A DNA stretch of 64,000 bases, from assembly GCA_963779755.1 (NCBI GenBank), contig CAVZZO010000003.1:544001-608000 (forward strand). Direction: 5' to 3'. The position numbers and the translations under genes were made by a program. This DNA is from an uncultured Gemmatimonadales bacterium. Lineage in GTDB: Bacteria; Gemmatimonadota; Gemmatimonadetes; Gemmatimonadales; GWC2-71-9. Positions 32,308 to 42,121 of this stretch are shown here, one piece after another (positions within the stretch are counted from its first letter, which is position 1; each line of letters begins with the position of its first letter). The notes under the pieces are model-generated. The model ran no database searches. It was given only the letters and a program-made list of their open reading frames with translations, and was not told where the DNA came from.

Positions 32308-32961
32308 TCACCGCTTACTGCTCGCCATAAAGAGATTGCGATAGCGATAAATGTAGATCACGAACGAATACACCGTCAGCACCGCGGCGATGGCGAGCGT
32401 CAGGGCGACGAAGCCGCCGTGGAAGGTATTCCAGAAGCGTGCGAGGCGGCTGTCTTCCCAGCCCAGCGGCTTGCGGGCATCGCGAAAGGCGAACCAGATC
32501 ATGGTCGCCCCGATGAAGACGTTCTGGATGACCGTCTTGAGCTTGCCGGGGCCGGCGGCGGGAATCACCACGCCCTGGCGGGCGGCCCACCAGCGGAAGG
32601 CCGTCATGGCCAGCTCGCGCCCGATAAGCAGCAGGCAGACCCAGAGCGGAATGCTGCCCCAGACGGGGATATTGTAGAGATCGTGCCGCTGGCGGGAAAT
32701 CCAGTAGATGGGAATGAGGGTGGCAAAGAGCAGCAGCTTGTCGGCGATCGGGTCCAGCACCTTGCCGAGATCGGTCACCTGGCCCCGGCTGCGCGCCAGG
32801 TAGCCGTCCCAGACGTCGCTGATGGCGGCGCCGAGGAAAATGAAAAAGGTGATGAGCTTGGGCCAGTAGCCTTCGATAAACGGCAGGAGGGCGATGACCG
32901 GAGTGAGGCAGATCCGGACGATCGTGATGGTGTTGGGCAGGGTCCAGACCGACTGTTTCAC
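32308..32961 (-). CDS. pgsA: CDP-diacylglycerol--glycerol-3-phosphate phosphatidyltransferase
   Basis: [17 protein letters not shown]...[22 protein letters not shown] overlaps the mglA stop. Confidence 0.9.
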   Translation of the reverse strand: MKQSVWTLPNTITIVRICLTPVIALLPFIEGYWPKLITFFIFLGAAISDVWDGYLARSRGQVTDLGKVLDPIADKLLLFATLIPIYWISRQRHDLYNIPVWGSIPLWVCLLLIGRELAMTAFRWWAARQGVVIPAAGPGKLKTVIQNVFIGATMIWFAFRDARKPLGWEDSRLARFWNTFHGGFVALTLAIAAVLTVYSFVIYIYRYRNLFMASSKR

Positions 32962-33632
32962 CCCAGGCTCTTCAGCACCAGCTTGCTGACCGACTTCAGG
33001 GTATCGAACACGCCTTCGCCGGTGATGGCGACGGCCTCGAAATAGGGCGCCTTCTCGATCCACTCACCTTCCATTTCGGCCACCAGCATGTCGCCCGGGT
33101 GATCAGGATCGGGCAGGGGCCGCTGGCGCATGGGCTCGGCCACGGGCCAGCCGGGATTGAGCGAGGCCTGCAGCTCGGCGACGGGCGCCGCGTTGGGCAG
33201 GTCGCGCTTGTTGTACTGAATGACGAACGGCATGCGGGTAAGGTCGTACCCGTGCTCCGCCATGTTGTCGTAGAGATTCTGCATGGATTCGATATTCGCC
33301 TCCATGCGCTCGATCTGGCTGTCGGCCACGAAGACCACGCCGTCCACCCCCTTGAGGATGAGCTTGCGCGAGGCGTTGTAGTATACCTGCCCCGGCACGG
33401 TGTAGAGGTGAAAGCGGGTCTTGAAGCCCCGGATGGTGCCCAGGTCTACCGGCAGGAAGTCGAAGAAGAGCGTCCGCTCCGTCTCGGTGGCGAGCGAGAT
33501 CATCTTGCCCCGCGCACCGGGCGCGACCTTGCCGTAGACGTGTTCCAGGTTGGTGGTTTTTCCGCCCAGCCCCGGCCCATAGTAGACCAGCTTGCAGTTG
33601 ATCTCGCGGGCGGCGTGGTTGATCATCGACAT
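32958..33632 (-). CDS. mglA: Small Ras-like GTPase MglA
   Basis: [43 protein letters not shown]. Confidence 0.96.
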   Translation of the reverse strand: MSMINHAAREINCKLVYYGPGLGGKTTNLEHVYGKVAPGARGKMISLATETERTLFFDFLPVDLGTIRGFKTRFHLYTVPGQVYYNASRKLILKGVDGVVFVADSQIERMEANIESMQNLYDNMAEHGYDLTRMPFVIQYNKRDLPNAAPVAELQASLNPGWPVAEPMRQRPLPDPDHPGDMLVAEMEGEWIEKAPYFEAVAITGEGVFDTLKSVSKLVLKSLG

Positions 33633-33648
33633 GCGGTGCCCGTCTCCC

Positions 33649-34134
33649 TCAGCCGAAAAGCCGGTCGATTTCGTCTTCGGCTTCGCCCACGAAGCCGCTC
33701 TCCATCTGCGGGCCTCCGCCTTCCTCCCCGAACATCCGCTCGAAGATGGCCGAGAGCTCCAGCACGGCCGCCTTCACCCGGAGCTTCACCAGCCCCAGCG
33801 TGGTGCGCCCGTCGAACAGCACCACCAGAATGACCCGGCGGGCAATGTCGGCCAGGTACATGGACTCCCGCTCGCCCTGGTGGAAGAGGGCGCCGAACTC
33901 CGGCTCGCCGATCATCCGGGCCAACTGGTCGTTGGCGCTGAAGTCGGCCGCGGTGAGCGAGGCGAACGCGGTCGGATCGAAGGTGGGGGCTTCCCCTGCC
34001 GTGGTGATCATCTGACCCGTCCGGTCCACGATCAGCGCCGTACGGGCGGAAGATTCCCGCAGGAACTCCACCAGCACCCCCTGGATGTGGCGGGCGTCTT
34101 CCTCGCGAAACGACCAGCTGCTTGCGCCTGGCAT
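33649..34134 (-). CDS. mglB: Roadblock/LC7 GAP MglB
   Basis: [18 protein letters not shown]...[31 protein letters not shown]. Confidence 0.94.
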   Translation of the reverse strand: MPGASSWSFREEDARHIQGVLVEFLRESSARTALIVDRTGQMITTAGEAPTFDPTAFASLTAADFSANDQLARMIGEPEFGALFHQGERESMYLADIARRVILVVLFDGRTTLGLVKLRVKAAVLELSAIFERMFGEEGGGPQMESGFVGEAEDEIDRLFG

Positions 34135-34142
34135 CGCGCTCC

Positions 34143-34412
34143 TTACCCGAGAGTAGCTTCCAATCGCTCCAGGATGGCCTGAGCCCGCCGCCGAAGGACC
34201 GGCTGGGGCTCCCAGACGAGATAGTCCCGCAAGAGGCGGACCGTCTCCACATCGGCCTCCCCGGCCAGGTAGCCCAGGGCCGACAACCGGCGGATCGGAT
34301 GGGGGCTGAAGAGGGCGTCGCTGTGCCGCAGCATCTGCGACTGCCCCAGGGCCCACCCCGCCACGGCGCCTCCAGCCAGTCCGGTCAGAAACAGCGCGGT
34401 ACGCGAGCGCAT
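34143..34412 (-). CDS. Small hypothetical membrane-anchored protein with a HEAT-like hairpin
   Basis: 89-aa ORF coupled to the recR stop; N-terminal TM, then RRLSALGYL...LLRDYL. Confidence 0.7.
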   Translation of the reverse strand: MRSRTALFLTGLAGGAVAGWALGQSQMLRHSDALFSPHPIRRLSALGYLAGEADVETVRLLRDYLVWEPQPVLRRRAQAILERLEATLG

Positions 34413-35002
34413 CAACGCACCTCCTGCCGCGCCACCAGCGCGTGCGCCAGTGTCGCGCCATCCACGTATTCCAGATCGCCTCCCATCGGGAGCCCCCGCG
34501 CCAGCCGGGTAATCCGCACGCCGCAGCCGGCCAGCAGCTGCTGAATGTAGGTGGCCGTGGCCTCCCCCTCCATGGAGGGATTGGTGGCCAGGATGACCTC
34601 CTGGACGCCGTCCTCCTGCACCCGCTGCCGCAGGGTGTCGAGCCGCAGGGCCTCCGGCCCCACACCCTCGAGCGGCGAGAGACGGCCGCCCAGGACGTGG
34701 TAGCGGCCCCGGAACTCGGCTGCCCGCTCGACTACCGCCACCGCCGCCGGCTCCTCCACCACGCAGAGCAGCGTGGCATCGCGGCGGGGATCGGTGCAGA
34801 AACCGCACAACTCGGTCTCGGCCGGATGGCCGCAGCGGGCACAGGGATGGATCCGCTCGACCACCGACTGCAGGGCGGTGGCCAGGCGGCCGGCCTGGTC
34901 GGGTGACTGCTTGAGCAGGTGAAACGTGAGCCGCTGGGCCGTCTTGCGCCCGATCCCCGGCAGTCTGGCAAATTCGGTGATCAGGTCCTCGATCGCGCTC
35001 AC
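34412..35002 (-). CDS. recR: Recombination mediator RecR
   Basis: LPGIGRKTAQRL, C4 zinc finger, YHVLGG.LSP, ILATNPSMEGEATA, LEYVD..TL. Confidence 0.96.
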   Translation of the reverse strand: MSAIEDLITEFARLPGIGRKTAQRLTFHLLKQSPDQAGRLATALQSVVERIHPCARCGHPAETELCGFCTDPRRDATLLCVVEEPAAVAVVERAAEFRGRYHVLGGRLSPLEGVGPEALRLDTLRQRVQEDGVQEVILATNPSMEGEATATYIQQLLAGCGVRITRLARGLPMGGDLEYVDGATLAHALVARQEVR

Positions 35003-35004
35003 CG

Positions 35005-35313
35005 TCAAGGCGAGAGGTTGAACGGGAACGGCTGGACTTTCCGCATTTCGGCCTGGAGCATCTCCGCCGCTCGGCGTTGCGCCTCCGTCACCGCGGCCTG
35101 GACCAGATCGGCCAGGAACTCGGCATCGTGCTCGGCGAAGACGGCAGGGTCGATCCAGAGGGAGCGGAGGGTTCCGCTGCCGTCGGTCGTCACGCGCACC
35201 ATCCCCCCGCCCGAGGTGGTTTCGATGGTCTGGCGGGCAAGATCGGTCTGGAGCTGCTGCAGACGCCCCTGCATCTGCTGCCCCAGCTGAAAGAGCTGCT
35301 GAATATCGGCCAT
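35005..35313 (-). CDS. ybaB: YbaB/EbfC nucleoid-associated protein
   Basis: QQMQ..L, SGGGMV.V..DG, IDP, LADLV.AA; lies between dnaX and recR. Confidence 0.93.
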   Translation of the reverse strand: MADIQQLFQLGQQMQGRLQQLQTDLARQTIETTSGGGMVRVTTDGSGTLRSLWIDPAVFAEHDAEFLADLVQAAVTEAQRRAAEMLQAEMRKVQPFPFNLSP

Positions 35314-35390
35314 GAACGTCTAAGTTCCAGTGCGGCTTGAAAATAGACCGCCCACCATCGGGGGACAACCGTCCCGCTCCGGCGCCGGTC

Positions 35391-37079
35391 TCAGTCCACG
35401 ATCTCCAAATCTAACTCGTCGGCGACCGCATCGAGGGCGGGATCGCGGGACCGGAGAGCCCGCAGCCGCTCGGCCCGGGAATCGGCATCGGACATCCGGC
35501 GGTTACGGGGACGGGATCCGGCCTCGGGAGCGGCGCCGCCGGACCCGGTCCGGACCTCCAGGCGGACCTGACCGCGTACCCGGGCCCCCACCAGATCCTC
35601 GACCACCTTGCGCTGCTTGTTCAGATGGTCCGCAACGACCGGATTATCGCCGGGGATCGCGACCGTGAGCACCGGGGGGGCGACCTCGACCGGCTGCGCC
35701 GCCGCCACCGCCTCGCCCAGGAACCCGCTCTCGGCACGGGCGGCGGCGGCAATGTCTGCCCAGATGGCCTGCAGCGCCGACAGCTCAAAGGCAACGGGCG
35801 GCCCGTCTTCAGGAGGACGGGTAGAGGGCCTGGACTCCGGCTCGCCGGAGGGCTCGGCCGGAGGCGCCGCCCTGCGGCCGGCCGCCGGGGCACGCTCCCG
35901 GCGGGCGGGCGGAGGCGCGGGTGCCTGGCTCGGCGCTGCCGGCACGCCGCTCAGCACCTGGCTCAGATCCACCAGCCGGTCCATCATGGCCCAGCGGAGC
36001 AGCAGCGTCTCCACCTGGAGCCGCGGACTGGCACTGCGGCGGATGCCCGCCTCGCTGTCCGCCAGGAGCCGCAGCATGCGGAGGATGTCGCCCGCTTCCA
36101 GCCGGTCTTTCACCTGATCCAGGCGCTGGCGCATCCCCTCAGTCATTTCCTCGGGCTCGGCGCCCAACTGGAGCATGAGCAGGGCGCGCAGCGCATCGCC
36201 CGCTCCGCTCATGAACTCGGCCAGGTCGCCGCCCTGGTCGAGCAGCCTGTCCACCAGGGGGAATACATCCGCCGGCCGGCGGTCGGCCACCAGATCCAGC
36301 AGCTCGCCGTAGATCTCATCGTCCACCAGGCCCAGGAGCGAGCGGACGCCGGCCGCGGTGAGCTTCTCGTCCCCGAAACTCAGGCACTGATCCAGCAGGC
36401 TCAGGGCATCGCGCATACCGCCGTCGGCCCGGCGGGCCAGGAGGGTGAGCGCGTCCTCCTCGGCGGGGATGCCCTCGGCTTTCAGGACTTCACGAATGCG
36501 GTCCTTGATGGCGGCGGGCCCGATGCGGTGAAAATCGAACCGCTGCAGCCGGGACATGACCGGGGCCGCGGTCTGGGCAATCTTCTGCGGCTCGGTGGTG
36601 GCGAAGACGAACACCACGCCCGGCGGCGGCTCTTCCAGGATCTTGAGCAGCGCGTTCCACGCCTCCCGGGTGAGCATGTGGGCTTCGTCAACGATGTACA
36701 CCTTGTGGTGCCCCTCCTGGGAGGCGGCGTACATCGCCCGCTCGCGCAGATCGCGCGCGTCGTCCACGCCGCGGTTGCTGGCGGCGTCGATTTCCACCAC
36801 ATCCAGGTTGGCCGAGCCGGCCCAGATCCGCTCGCAGCTGGGGCACTCGCCGCAGGGCTCCCCCGGCGGGTCGGCCTGCTCGCGGCGCTCGCAGTTCAAG
36901 GCCATGGCGAGAATTCGGGCGGCGGTGGTCTTCCCGACCCCGCGCGGACCGGTCAGAAGATAGCCGTGCCCCACGCGGCCATGAGCGACGGCGCCCCGGA
37001 GCACCGCGGCGACGTGGTCCTGCACCAGGAGCTCGGAGAATTTTTTCGGGCGGTAGCGGCGGGCGAGTGCGATGGCCAT
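35391..37079 (-). CDS. dnaX: DNA polymerase III subunit gamma/tau
   Basis: LARRYRP, GPRGVGKTT, EIDAASNRGVDD, DEAHML, NALLKILEEPP, GGMRDALSLLDQ. Confidence 0.97.
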   Translation of the reverse strand: MAIALARRYRPKKFSELLVQDHVAAVLRGAVAHGRVGHGYLLTGPRGVGKTTAARILAMALNCERREQADPPGEPCGECPSCERIWAGSANLDVVEIDAASNRGVDDARDLRERAMYAASQEGHHKVYIVDEAHMLTREAWNALLKILEEPPPGVVFVFATTEPQKIAQTAAPVMSRLQRFDFHRIGPAAIKDRIREVLKAEGIPAEEDALTLLARRADGGMRDALSLLDQCLSFGDEKLTAAGVRSLLGLVDDEIYGELLDLVADRRPADVFPLVDRLLDQGGDLAEFMSGAGDALRALLMLQLGAEPEEMTEGMRQRLDQVKDRLEAGDILRMLRLLADSEAGIRRSASPRLQVETLLLRWAMMDRLVDLSQVLSGVPAAPSQAPAPPPARRERAPAAGRRAAPPAEPSGEPESRPSTRPPEDGPPVAFELSALQAIWADIAAAARAESGFLGEAVAAAQPVEVAPPVLTVAIPGDNPVVADHLNKQRKVVEDLVGARVRGQVRLEVRTGSGGAAPEAGSRPRNRRMSDADSRAERLRALRSRDPALDAVADELDLEIVD

Positions 37080-37091
37080 GGGGGAATATAA

Positions 37092-37431
37092 GACGGCAGG
37101 ACGGCAGGGCGGCAGGACGGCCCTGAAGGACTTCCTCGCGGCCTCTTCCTTGGATGGCCGCTCGGTCGCAGGACGGCACGTGCTGTCACCCTGAGCGATA
37201 GCGAAGGGGGCGAAGCCGATCGAATGGTTCCGGCGCGACCTAACCCCCTGTCCCCCTTCCCTGGTGGGAAGGGGGGAACGGGGGACATGGAGCTCGCGTG
37301 CTGTCACCCTGAGCGATAGCGAAGGGGGCGAAGCCGATCGAATGGTTCCGGCCGCTTCGCTGCGCTCAGCGTGACGCCGTTCCTCGCCAGGTGCCGGTGA
37401 CGAGCCCGCGCCAGCGGGCGCGGCAATCTCC
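37092..37431. repeat. Cluster of nested REP-like palindromes, including a 56-bp exact direct repeat
   Basis: 37179-37234 equals 37297-37352; GTCACCCTGAGCG pairs with CGCTCAGCGTGAC; CCCCCTTCCC/GGGAAGGGGG hairpin; 37401-37431 is the inverted partner of 44011-44041. Confidence 0.85.
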
Positions 37432-37447
37432 CTGGGTGCGCCCCCTG

Positions 37448-39532
37448 CTACTTCACGACATTCAGGGGCGTGGTGCGCTCGAGTATAGTTCCGTCCGGCG
37501 CCTCGAGGGTAACGTTGAGGGTGTATTTCCCGGGACGGAGATCCTTGAGCAACAGGGCACGAACGAACGCCTGGCGGGTACCGGTGACCGTCTCGGTGAA
37601 GCTGAGCGTGATGCCCTGCCCTTTCCCTTTCGCCGGGGTGATGGCGACCCGCTGGCGGTACGCTGCCCCGGGGGTGAGGCCCGCCGCCTCGTAGTAGAGG
37701 ATGGCCCGGGAGCCGGTGGGAAACGCGGCGAGGGGGTTGAGCGGCAATGGCCCGGCGGGCGATGCCCAGACCAGGCCCGAGCCGCTGCGGCCCAGGATGG
37801 GTTCGCCCAGCGAGAGGCGCCCGGTCGCCGGAATGACGATGCTATCCCGACCCACAATCACCCCCCGGCCGCCGGTCACCTCGGGCCGGGCATCCGCCGG
37901 CCGGACGCCGCTGGTGTCCGGCTCCTCGATCGTCACCCGGACGTTGACCAGGCCGGGCGGCACCGGCAGCTCCAGCAGGCCCGTCAGGTGGTCCTTCCCT
38001 TCCAGCGGCCGGGGAGTCATAAACGTCCGCAGCGTATCCAGGTCTACCCGGCGTCCCCCGTCGGGAGTAGCCGCCACGAGGTGGAAGCGGATGGGATAGC
38101 TGAATCCTGCGATGGAATCTCCCGCTGTGCTCGTCAGGCCATCCGGAGGGATGGCGAAGACGAGCAGCAGGCGACCGCCAACCGTATCCGGTCTGGCGTG
38201 CAATGCGTAGAGCTCCACCGTCGGTTTCAGGTCCCGCCGATAGAACGGCGCATAGTAATCTGTCGTGAGCGCTTCCTCTTTCATGCGCTTCAGCTCGGCA
38301 CCTTGCAGCTGGACCAGCCGCGGGGTCGGCGGGAAGCAGTACCACGGGTCGTAGTCGCAGAGAGTTCCGGGAAGCGCTGCCACGGCGGGGACGACCCTGA
38401 GGTACAGGTTGCCCCTGCTGCGGCGGTAGACCCACCAAGTGCCGACGCGATAGTCGGGCGGGCCATGACGGATGTAAACCGGCCCCCTCGCATCGAACTG
38501 GTCCGTCCCCGGGAGACGATGCTGCGTGAGGAGCGAGCTCCCCCCGCCGAATCGCCGAACATCCAACCCAGCGCCATCGCCTCATCAATGGAATCGGGTG
38601 CGCCCGTCGGTACGTCGGCCGTCAGGGTCTCAATACTCGGCGTGCCGGGAGGCCGCCGGACGACGGCCCTGAAATTCTGGAACGCATATTCGTAGCGCCG
38701 GAAATGTTCCATCAGCCGCGCGCCGGCCGGCCGGCCCACGCCGGCGTCCCGCTTCGACCAGAAGCCCTCGATCCAGCCGCCCAGGGAATCGGGCGGCAGG
38801 CTATCGAACCGTGCCAGCTCTGCTGGCGTAGCCAGCAGCGCCAGATGTGCGCGGTAGGCGTTGCGTCCCTCGACACTGACACCGGCATGGGTCGCGCCGA
38901 GTGCATAGGCGGCCGCTCCTTCCGCTGTTTCGGCGCGCGCATAATATTCCCGCGCCAGCTCCAGCTCCGCCACGGCGCTATCTCCGCCGGCCGCCAGGTA
39001 GCGCTGCAACAGAACGACCGTGGAGTCGCGCACATCCGTCTCCCGCTCCAGGCGGGCGCGGGACAACAGCACCGGCGGCAAACGATCGACCGGCGTGGCG
39101 GCAGTGCGCCGCAGGGCGTCGCGGGCCTGGGTGTACGGCACCCAGGCGGGCATCAGGTCCAGCGCGTCGGACAGGTGGAGCGCGGCAGCGGCAGAAGCCG
39201 AATCCAGCTTCAGCAGCCGCATGAAGCTTTCCGCCGCCCCGCGGGCATAACTGGAGCCGATCGGCTGCAGCGGCCCCGGCTTGGCGATGGCCTTGAGGCG
39301 CGCGAGCTCGAGACGCGCGAGCCCGATGCCGAGCCAGGCCTGCACGCTGTCGGAGCGGTCGCTCGACCACGACGCGCGACCAGCAGTCGAGCTCGCGGCG
39401 GAGCGAATCGGCGGCGGAACGGGGCGCACGGCGGCGTGCAGGGGGGATGCAGGAGCCGGGTGACGCCTGGCCGTGGGGGGGAAGAGTCAGAAAGGCCGCG
39501 AGAAGGAGAACTGGGCCGGCGCGCGCAAACAT
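37448..39532 (-). pseudogene. GWxTD-domain secreted protein paralog 1, split by two compensating frameshifts
   Basis: Signal peptide ORF (from 39532), TPR-like/FWSKRD..EHFRR ORF (38290-39429) and DARGPVYIRHGPP + C-terminal Ig-like ORF (37448-38566) are colinear with paralog 2; shifts near 39360 and at a G6 run (38540-38545). Confidence 0.8.
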
Positions 39533-39583
39533 GCCTTAGTATGCAGTCCGGTTGAGCGCACCGGAAGGAGGAGAATGCGCCAA

Positions 39584-39630
39584 TTCCCGTTACCCTATTC
39601 CCTTTTCCCTTTTCCCATTTCCCCTTTCCC
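39584..39630. repeat. (TTCCCNT)n heptamer tandem repeat
   Basis: TTCCCGTTACCCTATTCCCTTTTCCCTTTTCCCATTTCCCCTTTCCC. Confidence 0.75.
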
Positions 39631-39632
39631 TC

Positions 39633-41786
39633 TCACCGCCCCTTCGTCACCAACAACTCCTGTTCGCGGGCGATGGTCGGCCCCTCCGGCAGCCGGATCT
39701 CCGCTCGCAGGCGGTACAGGCCCGGCCTGGTCCGGTCCAGCTTGATCGACCGGCGCACCACCAGATTCGTCTCGCTGAGCCGTTCGGTGGTGCTCACCTT
39801 GATGGCCTCCCGCGGCTCGGCTTCCGGTATCAGCGAGAGGGTGACATCCACCGCGGCATCCGGAGAGAGGCCGAGGGCCTCGAGATAGATCTCCACCGTT
39901 CCGCCGGCGGGATAGCTGTTGAGCGGGCTCAGCGGGAAGGGGCCAGCGGCGCTGGGCCAGCGCAGTTCGCTGGCCACGGAACCCAGGAGCAGCGCGCTGA
40001 GAGTGGGGCCATCGGTGGAAGGCGGCGGCACGTCCACGCCCGCCTGGAGGGTGAAGGACCCGGCCTGGGGATCCGTGCCCGTCTCCAGCGATCGGACCTC
40101 GTACCGGCCCGCGGAGACGGGCACCTCGACATAGCCCACCAGCCACTGATCCGGCCGCAGCTTGCGGGAGCCATCGTAGAGGAACGTGGTGTCGAGGGTG
40201 GCCGGTGCTCCACGTTCCGGCAAGGCGGCCAGCCGCAGGCGCAGCGGAATCGCATCGCCCGCGCGCGCGTGAATCTGTCCCAGGCCACCGGGGGGAAGGG
40301 CGAAGGCCACCAGCAACCGGCCCGGGTCGGCCAGCCCGTAGGCGCGCGTCACCGCCTGGAGGTCGCGCGCGAAATGATGCGGATCGGCATCGGTCGTCAC
40401 CGCAAGGTGAATGCGGTCCACGTCCTTTTCCCGCACTGATTCCTGCAGCCGTTCCCGGTGAAGCGGGCGCCTCTCCTCGATCCACTTCGCATAGGTGGAA
40501 TCGTATTGGGCCATCTGGACAGCATTGCCGTCAATCCAGATATCACCCGGCACGATCTTGAAATCACTGGAGGTACAAAAGCGATACTTGCTGATCATCA
40601 GCGTAAAGAAAGGACGAAAGTGTACGACGAGACCATGGTCAGGGCCGTCGTCGTACAGCCAGGAATAAATCGGGCAATCCAGCACACGGTCCATGGGACC
40701 CTCTCGTACTTGTCCCGGGACACCACCCGGCAGGGCTCCCCCATCCATCCCGGATAGCAGGATTCGGCTTGGCGCTCCATGCCGGATGTAAATCACCCCG
40801 CGATCGTCCACCTGATCCTGATCGCTGTGGAACGGCATGACCTTGTTGTAGTCCCGCTTCTTTTTGCGCAGGGGAAACTCCGCCAGGGCAAACCGGATCC
40901 GCTCCTCGTGCTCGGCCAGCCGGTCGGGTGGCGTGCGGAAATCGACAGCCGCGCGGCGGCCCCAGAAGGCGGCGCCCCATTGCCGGCGGCTTACCGAGTC
41001 CAGCGCCATCACGGAATCCAGGGCGTCGGCTTCCGGATCGGTGAGGAGCCAGCCAAGGTCGCGCCGGTACCCGGCGAGGGCGGAGTCACTCCGCATGGCA
41101 CCGAAGCCGTCCAGCCAGGCTTGGTAGCCGTCGGCCAGCCGGCCCAGCATGAGCAGGGCACGGCCTCGCGTGAGCAGGGCGAGCGAGGTGTCGCCGCCCA
41201 CGGCGAGCGCGTGGTCCGCCCGGGCGAGCGCGCTGTCCGCGTGGTGCCATTCGAGTTCGCGGCCGGCCCGGAGCAGCAGCAGGGTGGGATCGTCTGTGGC
41301 GGCCGCCGCACGCTCGAGCAGTATGGCGTCGGCCTCGTCGTCCAGCTTTGCGAGGCGGCGTAGCTCGGCGCTGGCGAGGAGCCTGGCGGCGGGAACGTAC
41401 GCCGAATCGCGGCGGAGTGCTTCGCGCAGCGCCGCCACCGCGCCCTGGGCATAGGACATCCCGATCACCAGGCCCGGCCCGGCGCGCGCGATGGCGCCCT
41501 CCTTGGAGAGATCGAACCTGGCCCGGCCGGCCAGGTACCACGCCTCCACCGGCGGGTCGCGCCGGAAGAGCAGCGTGCTCAGCCGGTCCAGGCCGGCGCT
41601 CAGCTGCCCCTTGTCCCCACAGGCCTCGCCGGCCGAGATGAGCGCGCGGGCGGCATCGATGGCCTCGAGCGTATCCGTGGCCCGAACCTCCGGACACACC
41701 GGAGCCGAGGCCGCCGGTCCCTGAGCGTGAAGCGAAGCGGCGAGTATGGTGGCAAGAAGGAACGGGAGAGCGCTGCGACAGCCCAT
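39633..41786 (-). CDS. GWxTD-domain secreted protein paralog 2 (intact)
   Basis: Signal peptide ending SLHAQ, helical TPR-like region, FWGRR...EHEERI, DDRGVIYIRHGAP, W.Y, C-terminal PL..Y..G..Y.E..GL and PG.Y.L Ig-like domain. Confidence 0.85.
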   Translation of the reverse strand: MGCRSALPFLLATILAASLHAQGPAASAPVCPEVRATDTLEAIDAARALISAGEACGDKGQLSAGLDRLSTLLFRRDPPVEAWYLAGRARFDLSKEGAIARAGPGLVIGMSYAQGAVAALREALRRDSAYVPAARLLASAELRRLAKLDDEADAILLERAAAATDDPTLLLLRAGRELEWHHADSALARADHALAVGGDTSLALLTRGRALLMLGRLADGYQAWLDGFGAMRSDSALAGYRRDLGWLLTDPEADALDSVMALDSVSRRQWGAAFWGRRAAVDFRTPPDRLAEHEERIRFALAEFPLRKKKRDYNKVMPFHSDQDQVDDRGVIYIRHGAPSRILLSGMDGGALPGGVPGQVREGPMDRVLDCPIYSWLYDDGPDHGLVVHFRPFFTLMISKYRFCTSSDFKIVPGDIWIDGNAVQMAQYDSTYAKWIEERRPLHRERLQESVREKDVDRIHLAVTTDADPHHFARDLQAVTRAYGLADPGRLLVAFALPPGGLGQIHARAGDAIPLRLRLAALPERGAPATLDTTFLYDGSRKLRPDQWLVGYVEVPVSAGRYEVRSLETGTDPQAGSFTLQAGVDVPPPSTDGPTLSALLLGSVASELRWPSAAGPFPLSPLNSYPAGGTVEIYLEALGLSPDAAVDVTLSLIPEAEPREAIKVSTTERLSETNLVVRRSIKLDRTRPGLYRLRAEIRLPEGPTIAREQELLVTKGR

Positions 41787-41818
41787 GCAGCGAATATGGC
41801 AAGGCGGGCCGGAAAGTG

Positions 41819-41996
41819 GTAAGGCGTGAGGCGGGAAGGCGGGGGCACGCCCGCTGGCGGGGGGTCGCAATGGCGGGAGATTCCAAGCGCATTCCGGGGG
41901 GATTGCTTCGGCGGCTGGCGCCGCCTCGCAATGACAGCATGTCCTGCCGTCCTGCCGTCCTGCCGTCCTGCCGTCCTGCCGTCCTGCCGTCCTGCC
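41819..41996. repeat. REP-like palindromes plus (GTCCTGCC)x7 octamer array
   Basis: CACGCCCGCTGGCG..TCGCAATG (41846-41872) resembles 44020-44046; GATTGC..CTCGCAATGAC; seven GTCCTGCC copies at 41941-41996. Confidence 0.88.
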
Positions 41997-42003
41997 GCCC
42001 GAA

Positions 42004-42053
42004 AAAAGTGCCCCAGGCTCTCCGAAGCGACACCGGACATCGCTTAGCGCTGC
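42004..42053 (-). repeat. Displaced duplicate of the SRP RNA 3' half (att-like direct repeat)
   Basis: 49/50 nt identical to 44090-44139. Confidence 0.92.
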
Positions 42054-42121
42054 CAAATCCGGCCAATTCTGGCGGATCCTTGCGCTTGCAGGACCCTTCC
42101 CGGAAAAGCAAGTTGGGAATC

